From an uncultured bacterium (lineage in GTDB: Bacteria > Krumholzibacteriota > Krumholzibacteriia > Krumholzibacteriales > Krumholzibacteriaceae), in the NCBI GenBank assembly GCA_963786935.1, contig CAWBAN010000004.1, positions 192,001 to 256,000 of the forward strand: a DNA stretch of 64,000 bases, read 5' to 3'. Position numbers and translations under genes: made by a program. Below are positions 9,761-17,873 of this stretch, piece by piece; the first letter of the stretch is position 1; every line of letters begins with the position of its first letter. The notes below the pieces were generated by a model. The model searched no databases, had not been told where the DNA came from, and worked only from the letters and a program-made list of their open reading frames with translations.

Positions 9761-10306
9761 ATGGCGCATCCGAAGGCGGGAAGGCCGAAAGAGGGAGCTC
9801 CGGTGAAGTTCCTCGCCGCCGTGCTCGCGGGGCGCGGTTTCGATCCGGATCGCTTGCTCTTTCCGATGCTCGAGGAGCGTTTCGGAAGAATCGATCATCG
9901 GGGCAATGCGCACCCCTTCGACGGGACCGATTACTACGAAGACGAGATGGGGCCGGGCCTCGAACGGCTCATCATTTCATTCGAGCCGCTCCGCGACGCG
10001 ACCGATATCGTGCAGGCGAAGCTCGATACGGCGGCGATCGAGGAGGATCTCGCCGCGGAAGGCGGCCGGCGCGTCAATATCGATCCGGGGTACATGGATT
10101 ACTACAAGATCGTTCTCGCTTCGTTCAAGGAGGGCCCGCAGAAGATATATCTCGGGCGGGGCGTCTACGCGGACCCCATTCTCCTCTATTTCGAAGGGGA
10201 ATTCGGGCCGCTCCCGTGGACCTTCCCCGATTTCAAGTCGGGGGTTTACCGCGGAGATTTCCGTGAAATCCGCGCCCTCTACAAGAAGGCGCGGCGTGAA
10301 GAATAA
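9761..10306 (+). CDS. DUF4416 family protein
   Basis: Motifs FDGTDYYEDEMG, RRVNIDPGY, IYLGRGVYAD and PLPWTFPD. Confidence 0.8.
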   Translation: MAHPKAGRPKEGAPVKFLAAVLAGRGFDPDRLLFPMLEERFGRIDHRGNAHPFDGTDYYEDEMGPGLERLIISFEPLRDATDIVQAKLDTAAIEEDLAAEGGRRVNIDPGYMDYYKIVLASFKEGPQKIYLGRGVYADPILLYFEGEFGPLPWTFPDFKSGVYRGDFREIRALYKKARREE

Positions 10307-10329
10307 CGGGAAGGGCGCCGAATTAACTG

Positions 10330-10358
10330 TTGACGCCGGGGCGTTCTTATGGCACAAT
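10330..10358 (+). promoter_or_regulatory. sigma70-type promoter upstream of the LytS/LytTR pair
   Basis: TTGACG-N17-CACAAT. Confidence 0.5.
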
Positions 10359-10506
10359 ATACACGAGAATTCAACTCTCTCAACGGGCATACTCCCGACG
10401 CCGCGAGGATAAGGAGTATGCCTCGTTTATTTATGGCCGGGACGGCGATGCTTCCCGCAGCGGCTCCGCCGACCACGGCGCTTTTACCTTTTCCGGGAGC
10501 GCGGCC

Positions 10507-11805
10507 GTGACCGGAGTGACCCTTTCGGGCGATCAGTTCATTCTCTTCGTGCTCGTGCTGAAGATGGGCATCATGGCGGCGCTCGCGGGGGCGCTCATCA
10601 CGTCGAGCTTCTTCAAGCGGCTCATCTTCCTCGACACGCGGAACACGCGCGAGAACTGGCAATTCGCGCTCGTCTTCGGGCTGCTCCTCACGGCGGGCTC
10701 GGCGGTGCGCGTGCTCGTCGGGTACGAGGGAATGGATCTCTCGCTTTCGGGGACGTTTCTCGTCGGTCTGCTCGGGGGAATGGTGCCCGGATCGGCCGTC
10801 GGGTTTTTCGTGGGGCTGCCGGGGCTGCTCCACGGCGAATGGGGGACGCTCCTCTTCCTCGTCGTCTGCGGGCTCGCCGGCGGGATCATCCGGGCGCGCA
10901 CGCGCGACCGCGACGAGTTCTGGGGCGTCTCGCCGTTCTTTCTCAATAATATCGTCCGCTCCTGGCGCGTCCTCGTCGCCGGGCGGCGGATCGACGCGCG
11001 CGCGGCGATCATGCTGACGCTCGTGGCCCTCGAAGTCGCGCGGACGATCGCGGGGAATCGCGCGCCGGCCGCTATCTTCATCTTCCATCCCGATCATTTC
11101 TGGGTGACGCTCTGCGTCTGGCTCACGACGCTCGTGTGCGTCGGCATCCCGCTCAAGATATGGAACAACACGCGTGTCGAGGCGCTCCTCGAGGAGCAGC
11201 GTTCGGCGGCCGCGCAGGCGCGGTTCGACGCTCTCAGGAGCCAGATCAATCCGCACTTCCTTTTCAACGTGCTGAACGCGGCGACCTCGCTGATCTGGAG
11301 CGAGCCCGACAAGGCGCGGTGGATTCTCGTGAAGCTCTCGAGCATTCTCCGGCGCCTGCTCCGCGGGGGCGAGGATTTCGTGCCGCTGAGCCGCGAGATC
11401 GAGTTCATCGACGATTACCTGAGCCTCGAGGTGGCCCGTTTCGGGGCCGAACGGCTCGCCGTGGAGAAGGAGCTCGATCCGCGCTCGCTCGACGTGCCCG
11501 TGCCGTCGATGCTGCTCCAGCCGCTCGTGGAGAACGCGGTGCGGCACGGCATCTCGCCGAAGGTGGGGGGAGGCGTCGTGCGGATCGAGGCGGCGCGGGA
11601 GAGAGAGACGCTGCGCGTGGTGGTCCGGGACAACGGGCTCGGTTTCACGGATACGGGGCGCGAGGGGATCGGGCTCCGCAACGTCCGCGAACGCCTGCGC
11701 GTCGCCTACGGGCCGCGGGCCTCGATAGAAATCATTTCCGCGCTGGGGCAGGGAACATCGGTTATCATCGTCATGCCCGTCGAAAGGGGATCGGCCAATG
11801 GTTGA
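10507..11805 (+). CDS. LytS-family membrane sensor histidine kinase
   Basis: Multi-TM N-terminus, then ALRSQINPHFLFNVLN, LLQPLVENAVRHG, DNGLG and GIGLRNVRERL. The start is uncertain (GTG 10507 or 10516). Confidence 0.9.
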   Translation: MTGVTLSGDQFILFVLVLKMGIMAALAGALITSSFFKRLIFLDTRNTRENWQFALVFGLLLTAGSAVRVLVGYEGMDLSLSGTFLVGLLGGMVPGSAVGFFVGLPGLLHGEWGTLLFLVVCGLAGGIIRARTRDRDEFWGVSPFFLNNIVRSWRVLVAGRRIDARAAIMLTLVALEVARTIAGNRAPAAIFIFHPDHFWVTLCVWLTTLVCVGIPLKIWNNTRVEALLEEQRSAAAQARFDALRSQINPHFLFNVLNAATSLIWSEPDKARWILVKLSSILRRLLRGGEDFVPLSREIEFIDDYLSLEVARFGAERLAVEKELDPRSLDVPVPSMLLQPLVENAVRHGISPKVGGGVVRIEAARERETLRVVVRDNGLGFTDTGREGIGLRNVRERLRVAYGPRASIEIISALGQGTSVIIVMPVERGSANG

Positions 11806-12565
11806 GAAAGAACGCCTGCGCATCCTCGTCGTCGACGACGAGGCGCCCGCGCGCAGGGACCTGAAGCGCATCCTCGGCACGATCGCCGGCATCGAGATCG
11901 CCGGCGAGGCGGCCGACGGGCACGAGGCCGTGAAATCGATCAAGAAGCTGCGGCCCGACGTCGTGCTCCTCGATATCCAGATGCCGGGCCTCGACGGCTT
12001 TCAGGTCGTATCGAGGATCGCCGACATGGAGGGCCCGCCCGCGATCGTCTTCGTCACCGCGTACGACCAATACGCGATCAAAGCGTTCGAGGTGCGCGCG
12101 GTCGATTACATCCTGAAACCGGTGGAGGAGAAGCGGCTCGCGCAGGCGATCGAGCGCGCGAAGCGGATTCGCAGGGGCGCCGAAAAGGGCCCCGACCTCA
12201 AGGCGCTTCTCGATGCCGTCGGCGCTTCCGCGAAGCGGCTCGCCGTGCGGCAGGGGCAGTCGCTCGTCATGGTCGACGTGAGCGACATTCTCTACGCGAC
12301 CGTCTCCGAGGGCTCGATCAAGGTCGTCGCGCGGGAGGTCGAGGGCGCGGTCGCGTTCCGCTCCCTCGACGAGCTCGAGAAGGAGCTCGCGGGCCGCCCC
12401 TTCGTGCGTGTGCACAAGTCCTACCTCGCCAACGTCAACCGCATCTTCGAGATCACGCCCTGGTTCAGCGGGAGCTACCAGCTCCGCATGGAGGGGAAGG
12501 GCGGTCCCGTCATCCCCCTCAGCCGCGCGCAGGCGAAGGAGCTGCGCAAGCTGCTGAAGTGGTAG
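11798..12565 (+). CDS. LytTR-family response regulator
   Basis: REC domain (VDDE, LLDIQMP, FVTAY, YILKP) plus LytTR domain (FVRVHKSYLAN, IPLSR). Overlaps the kinase stop. Confidence 0.93.
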   Translation: MVEKERLRILVVDDEAPARRDLKRILGTIAGIEIAGEAADGHEAVKSIKKLRPDVVLLDIQMPGLDGFQVVSRIADMEGPPAIVFVTAYDQYAIKAFEVRAVDYILKPVEEKRLAQAIERAKRIRRGAEKGPDLKALLDAVGASAKRLAVRQGQSLVMVDVSDILYATVSEGSIKVVAREVEGAVAFRSLDELEKELAGRPFVRVHKSYLANVNRIFEITPWFSGSYQLRMEGKGGPVIPLSRAQAKELRKLLKW

Positions 12566-12803
12566 GGCGTTCCGCGGCCGTGCCGTCCGATTTGGGGATT
12601 GTCTTCCCGGCACAAACGGCGCATATTGAAGATGAGGTCTGCGACTCTGGGGGGGAGATGCAGAACAAGCCGATCATCGCGCCGTTCTCTTGTATACCTG
12701 TCAATCGATGTGTTGAACGATAACGCCGCACCGCTCTTGCGCGGAAGCGGCGATCGCATAGCCCCGCGCTCTCTATCGGTCTTTGTCCGCCGGAGGTGTC
12801 GTC

Positions 12804-15275
12804 GTGAAAAAGCCGTGCATTTCGGGAGCGGCTCTCGCCGCGATGATCGTTTTCGCCGCCGTATCGATCCCGCGCGCAGCCCCGCTCGCGGATATATTCG
12901 CGCTCACGGTGTACGAGCAGACGGGAACGATCAACGCGTACACGTTCCAATCCAGCGATCCGCTCATCTACGCGAAGCGCGCGGGCTACCCCGGGCCGGC
13001 GGGCTGGGGCTACAGCGGGTACGACTTCGGGACGGGCGGGTGCGAGTACTACGATCTCTATCTCAGCGACTCCCTGGGGAACGTCCTGGCTCTCAGCCCC
13101 GGCGATGCGCTTCCGGCACCCGCGTATCTCACGATCGTCTGCATGGATCTCAACTGCAACGACGGCTCGATCACCCCGGCGCCGTCATGGGTGGGGGCCG
13201 GTAACAGCATCGACGCGGTGAAGATCGTCTCCGCCGGCGTGACCTATTGGGCGAACAGCGTCCTGCAGGCGGCCTACGGTCTCTGCGACGAGCCGTTCTC
13301 GGCGAAGACGTCGAACTTCGCGGATGAAGCGCTCGGTCCCCAGAACGGCGGCATCACAAAGATGGGATGCGGCCTCTCGACGCTCACCCTGCGATTCTCG
13401 CCTCCGGCGCCCGCTCCGCCCGATACGTCGCTGGAGCACGACCCGATGTACGCCAACGCCCATCCGTTTTTCGACTGGCGCGAGAAGGAAGCCGCATGGT
13501 ACACGGCTTCCGACGGCTATATGAACGTCACCGACCCGACCTGGCACAACGGGATCATTTCGGGCAGGGCATTCGAGGATTCGCAGGATGTCGTGATGAT
13601 CTCGCGGATCTACCGGGGGAGCTCCACCAATTACATGCTCGGATTCACGAGCGTCCCCGCGGAGTCGTCGGATTTCCATTACAGCAACATCGATCTCGGG
13701 ATCTACGTGCATTCGACGGGCTCGATCAGGCCCACGTGGGACGTCGACGATTCCGGCTACTGGTCGACGACGATTCCCGAGGGCTTTTACGATATCAGGA
13801 TATCTCTGAACAGGGCGGCGCAGACGGTGAGCTATGCGATCGCGCGCGTCGACAACTACATTTCTCCCCTGTCCGATTTCGCGTCGCCGCTCTGGACTGC
13901 TCTGGAATCCCGGCCGATCGCGGGGAGCTACCACATCCAGATCAACCCGTACAGCAGCTACGGGCGCGTTTACGACGTGTGGTGCTCGACTTCGGCGGCG
14001 CCGCCGCCGATGCCGGACCTGAGAATCACCGCCGTCGGCGACGTGGGGAACGATCAGGGCAGGATGGTGCGAATCAAGTGGAATGCGTCGATGCACGACG
14101 CGCTCGGCAGCTCGAAGCCGGTCACGACGTATACGATCTGGCGGCGGATCGATCCGCTGCCGCTCGCGATGAGCGGCCTCGAACCGTCCGGCGCCTCCGG
14201 CGGCATCTCCGCCGGCGCGATGCTCGTGTATCCGCCCGGCGAATGGGACTACGTGACGTCCGTTCCGGCGTGCTGCGAGGAGACATACTCGACGCTTGTG
14301 CCGACCCTCGCCGACTCGACGGTTCTGTGCGGCATGCGGTATTCGGTCTTCTTCGTGCGGGCGCTCACCGCGACGCCGGGGATCTATTTCGACTCGCCTG
14401 TCGACAGCGGGTATTCGGTCGACAATGTCGCACCGGCGCCGCCCACGGGAATGAGCGGCACGCAGGTCGCGAACGGGCTCAAGATAACATGGGCGCCTTC
14501 GACGGATCCTGATTTCTCGCATTTCGTGCTTTCGAAGGGCGCCTCCGAAAACGATCCGGCGCCTGCCGTCATCGCGACGCTCGCGGGGACCTCGTACGTC
14601 GACGAATCGTGGAATCCCCAGATGAACTCGTATTACTACATGGTGCAGGCCGTCGACCGGAGCGGCAATGCCGGCGCGTGCACGCAGCTGGCGCCGGATG
14701 AGAATGTCGCCACACTGCTCGAGAGCTTCGCGCTGAGGCTCGCGGGCTCCCGCGTCGAGCTCGAATGGCGCCTGTCCGCGTGCGACGAGGGCATGTCATT
14801 CGCCGTTTTTCGGGGGGCGGATCCCGGCGTGACGTTCGAAGCGCTGCCGAGCACGGGGCTGACGCGGGACGGGCTCGGCTTCGTATATCGCGACGCCGGA
14901 TGCGAGCCGGGCGCCTCATACCGTTACCGTGTCAAGTGCACGAACGGGTCGAGGACGATGGAGCTCTTCGTGACCGAGCCGATCATGACGCCTTCGATGC
15001 CGCTCATGCTCCGCCAAAACAGCCCGAACCCGTTCAATCCTTCGACGACGATTTCGTACTACCTGCCCGCGAGCATGCGGGTGCGGCTCGATGTCTATGA
15101 CGTGTCGGGGCGGCTCGTCGCCCGCCTCGCCGACGAAGAGCAGGAGCGAGGCGACAGGGCCGTGCAGTGGGACGGCCGCAACGCGCGCGGGGAGCGCGTG
15201 AGCTCCGGAGTGTATTACTACCGGCTCCAGGCGGGGAAGGAGCTCCTCTCCCGCACGATGGTTCTTCTGAGATAG
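12804..15275 (+). CDS. Secreted multidomain protein with DVGNDQG stalk, FN3-like domains and FlgD-Ig/T9SS-like C-terminal domain
   Basis: GTG start after GGAGGT and a signal peptide. Contains DVGNDQGRMVRIKW...YSVDNVAP and ends QNSPNPFNP...SSGVYYYRL...TMVLLR. The N-terminal ~400 aa are unrecognised. Confidence 0.8.
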   Translation: MKKPCISGAALAAMIVFAAVSIPRAAPLADIFALTVYEQTGTINAYTFQSSDPLIYAKRAGYPGPAGWGYSGYDFGTGGCEYYDLYLSDSLGNVLALSPGDALPAPAYLTIVCMDLNCNDGSITPAPSWVGAGNSIDAVKIVSAGVTYWANSVLQAAYGLCDEPFSAKTSNFADEALGPQNGGITKMGCGLSTLTLRFSPPAPAPPDTSLEHDPMYANAHPFFDWREKEAAWYTASDGYMNVTDPTWHNGIISGRAFEDSQDVVMISRIYRGSSTNYMLGFTSVPAESSDFHYSNIDLGIYVHSTGSIRPTWDVDDSGYWSTTIPEGFYDIRISLNRAAQTVSYAIARVDNYISPLSDFASPLWTALESRPIAGSYHIQINPYSSYGRVYDVWCSTSAAPPPMPDLRITAVGDVGNDQGRMVRIKWNASMHDALGSSKPVTTYTIWRRIDPLPLAMSGLEPSGASGGISAGAMLVYPPGEWDYVTSVPACCEETYSTLVPTLADSTVLCGMRYSVFFVRALTATPGIYFDSPVDSGYSVDNVAPAPPTGMSGTQVANGLKITWAPSTDPDFSHFVLSKGASENDPAPAVIATLAGTSYVDESWNPQMNSYYYMVQAVDRSGNAGACTQLAPDENVATLLESFALRLAGSRVELEWRLSACDEGMSFAVFRGADPGVTFEALPSTGLTRDGLGFVYRDAGCEPGASYRYRVKCTNGSRTMELFVTEPIMTPSMPLMLRQNSPNPFNPSTTISYYLPASMRVRLDVYDVSGRLVARLADEEQERGDRAVQWDGRNARGERVSSGVYYYRLQAGKELLSRTMVLLR

Positions 15276-15326
15276 GCGCGCCCGTGTTATAATGGATACC
15301 GGTTCGCTGCCAGAGGGGGGCCACCA

Positions 15327-16316
15327 ATGAGAATCAGATTATCGCTCGTGACATTGGTGTCCGCTCTTCTGTGCTTGCCCGGAATCGCCCTCGCGCAGCC
15401 CCCGGGCTGCTCCTGGGAAGGCGATCCCTGCATGCGGTACGGCTTCGGCCAGTATGACGGCTTGCCGTACAACCAACCCGGCCCGGATTACGCGAATATC
15501 TACCCCGGCGGGACGGTGACCTACACGCTCGCTCCGTACAACGCGACGCCGTACAATCCAGGTCCCTGCAAGCTCCTCGATACTCTGTGCTGCCATATCT
15601 GGAGCGTCAAGGGTTGGAACATCGTCACCGATCCGCCCGCGGGGACCCCCGAGGAACTCCCGGCAGGCGGCTACATCTGGTATCAGGATATCACGATCAC
15701 TGCTCCATGCGACGCTTCGATCGGCGACAAGGACACTCTGATCGCGAAGGTCGCCTATACGAACATCGCGGGAGTGTGCGCTCCCGAGTGCGGCGACTGC
15801 CTCGATCCGAACATTCGTCCGGCGACCGGCGTCAAGTATTACAACGCCGATACGCTGATCCTGACCGTCATAGCACCTCCTCCGGCGCTCGTGGTGCTGC
15901 AAGATACGCTTACGTTAGTTGATGCGGGACAAGCCCAGGCGCACATTCCGTTCACGATCTGCAACCAGAACGACTGCGCCCCGCCGACGCTATTCGGATA
16001 TCAGATCACGAGCGCGGGCAATCCGCGCATCCCGGTCATCAACCAGACAGGATCCGTCACGGTCGACGGCGGCTTTTGCAAGGATATTTACGGCATTATC
16101 AACGCGGGCATCGCGCGCGCATGCGATTACGATACCCTGACGATCGTCGCCTGGACGCCCGCACCGGTCGTATACGACACGTGCGTGCAGGTGATCCATG
16201 TAATCGAGTCCTGCTGCGCGCCGGTTTTCACGCCCGGCGTCGCGGCGGCTCTCGTGCTCGCGCTCATTCTCGCGGCCGCCGTGTTCATGAGGAGTCGGGC
16301 CGCCGGAAAGGCGTGA
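15327..16316 (+). CDS. Secreted Cys-rich protein with C-terminal TM anchor and basic tail
   Basis: Signal peptide ending GIALA-Q, about 16 Cys in the mature part, and C-terminus PVFTPGVAAALVLALILAAAVFMRSRAAGKA. Confidence 0.75.
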   Translation: MRIRLSLVTLVSALLCLPGIALAQPPGCSWEGDPCMRYGFGQYDGLPYNQPGPDYANIYPGGTVTYTLAPYNATPYNPGPCKLLDTLCCHIWSVKGWNIVTDPPAGTPEELPAGGYIWYQDITITAPCDASIGDKDTLIAKVAYTNIAGVCAPECGDCLDPNIRPATGVKYYNADTLILTVIAPPPALVVLQDTLTLVDAGQAQAHIPFTICNQNDCAPPTLFGYQITSAGNPRIPVINQTGSVTVDGGFCKDIYGIINAGIARACDYDTLTIVAWTPAPVVYDTCVQVIHVIESCCAPVFTPGVAAALVLALILAAAVFMRSRAAGKA

Positions 16317-16352
16317 TGAATCCCCCCGCTCGATGCGGATGCGATTGCGCCA

Positions 16353-17444
16353 TCAGTTATGGATGCACGAGCCGATCCGCAAGTACAGCGGGCCGAATCT
16401 TCTCAGGAGCCAAGAGGCCAGCACCAGAAGAGCAAGATAGAGCACTACGACGGCTGCCGCTTCGACGCCGCGTTCCGGGCGTTTCTTCCGAAGGATGAGC
16501 CGCATGGGAAGCGCCACGGCGCTCGAGATGAACCTCGGAAGGGGAAACATGAACGGCGTCCCGGCCGCATAGGCCTCGTACTCCTCTCTCCGCTCGCGGC
16601 GCATTTCCATCTCTTCGACGAGCGCCACTCCGACGATGATCATGGTGGAAACGAGCCATGGCAGGCTGTCGGGAATTCCCCAGCCGATCTGAAAATGCGC
16701 GCCCTCATTGTGATTCAGCATGAACACGAGCATTCCGTAGCTCCAGACGATCCAGCCGAGGTATTGCGGGTGCCGGCTGAAACGGTAGACCCAGAACCGC
16801 GCCGTTCCTTCATGAAGCCATTTAGCGCGAAACCACGCAACGACGGCGAGGATGAACAGGAAGAGTCCGGCACCCATGATGAGATAGGGGAGAATCGTGC
16901 GCAGATCGAGGCGGATCAGAAAACCCAGATACAGGAGCCCGATAGTGGGAAGAAACGCGACTTCTCCCAGGCCGAAAAGCTCGAATTCCGGATCGCCCGT
17001 GAGCCCGTGCGCGCCGTCGAGGAGCGGCATCCAGAGGAGCCGCAGGAGGCCGAGCCCGGCCAGGAAGAACATCTGCACGGCGAAATGACCGAAGACCGGC
17101 AGGAAGAACAGCGCCGCTCCCGCGAGGGCCAGCCGGCGTCGTTCGGCGACCAGACCGATCACGATCAGCGCGAGCACCGCGATGAGGCAGGCGTATCCGA
17201 TCGGACGGAGGAGATGCGCCTGAATGTAGAGCTCGGACGGCGTCTCGTTCGGGCCGGACCATATTCCCTGCGGGAAGAGCCTGTCGCCGAACGCGACATT
17301 CAGGGCGCGGTTCAGGAGCAGGGGGAGCTCCACCGAGCCGAACGTGAGGGCGAGGGCGAACACAATCGCCACGAGCGTGAGAGCGACATTGTTTCTCGCG
17401 CCGGGTTTCATTCGATCAGGCTTTCGGATCCACGGCCTCACCAT
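16353..17444 (-). CDS. Integral membrane protein, PEMT/ICMT/DUF1295-like methyltransferase family
   Basis: Many TM segments and a VYRFSRHPQYLGW...EE...EYEAY...TPFMFP motif. The start may be 17411. Confidence 0.7.
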   Translation of the reverse strand: MVRPWIRKPDRMKPGARNNVALTLVAIVFALALTFGSVELPLLLNRALNVAFGDRLFPQGIWSGPNETPSELYIQAHLLRPIGYACLIAVLALIVIGLVAERRRLALAGAALFFLPVFGHFAVQMFFLAGLGLLRLLWMPLLDGAHGLTGDPEFELFGLGEVAFLPTIGLLYLGFLIRLDLRTILPYLIMGAGLFLFILAVVAWFRAKWLHEGTARFWVYRFSRHPQYLGWIVWSYGMLVFMLNHNEGAHFQIGWGIPDSLPWLVSTMIIVGVALVEEMEMRRERREEYEAYAAGTPFMFPLPRFISSAVALPMRLILRKKRPERGVEAAAVVVLYLALLVLASWLLRRFGPLYLRIGSCIHN

Positions 17445-17472
17445 GGCCGCCGCCCAACGACGTTATCGGGAA

Positions 17473-17769
17473 CTATATCTCCTTTATGAGATCGAGGAAC
17501 TTCATGTACGGGATCGCGATCAGGCTCTCGGCCTGCAGCGCCCCGTTCGAGAGGCTGATCAGCGACACCTTCGCCGCGGTTTCCTCGTCCGGCGCCTCGT
17601 AGATGTCGATGAAGTCGTACTTCCCGAGGAGCGCGTAGTGCGTGAGGAACTTCACCTCGGGGCACTTCGCCTTCACCTGATCGAGCCACGCCCTCCCGAG
17701 CTTCGCCCGGTCGTCCATGCGCCGGGAGACGTCGGGGGAGAGCTTCGTGAGGAGAATGTACGTCTGCAT
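17473..17769 (-). CDS. GYD domain-containing protein
   Basis: MQTYILLTKL...YALLGKYDFIDIYEAPDEETAAK, 98 aa, RBS GGCGGTGA. Confidence 0.85.
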   Translation of the reverse strand: MQTYILLTKLSPDVSRRMDDRAKLGRAWLDQVKAKCPEVKFLTHYALLGKYDFIDIYEAPDEETAAKVSLISLSNGALQAESLIAIPYMKFLDLIKEI

Positions 17770-17873
17770 ACGATCACCGCCTTTCAACGGCATCACCGTT
17801 TCCCCCGTTGATCGTCGCGTCCGATCCCGATGGTGACCATACCTCGACGCGAATTTCGAACCGCTCGACAAAG

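Noticed and set aside
12566..12803. LytTR binding repeats upstream of the 12804 gene
   Set aside because: Only weak CCGATCATC / CCGTTCTCT similarity at 12-nt spacing, which is not the expected repeat geometry.
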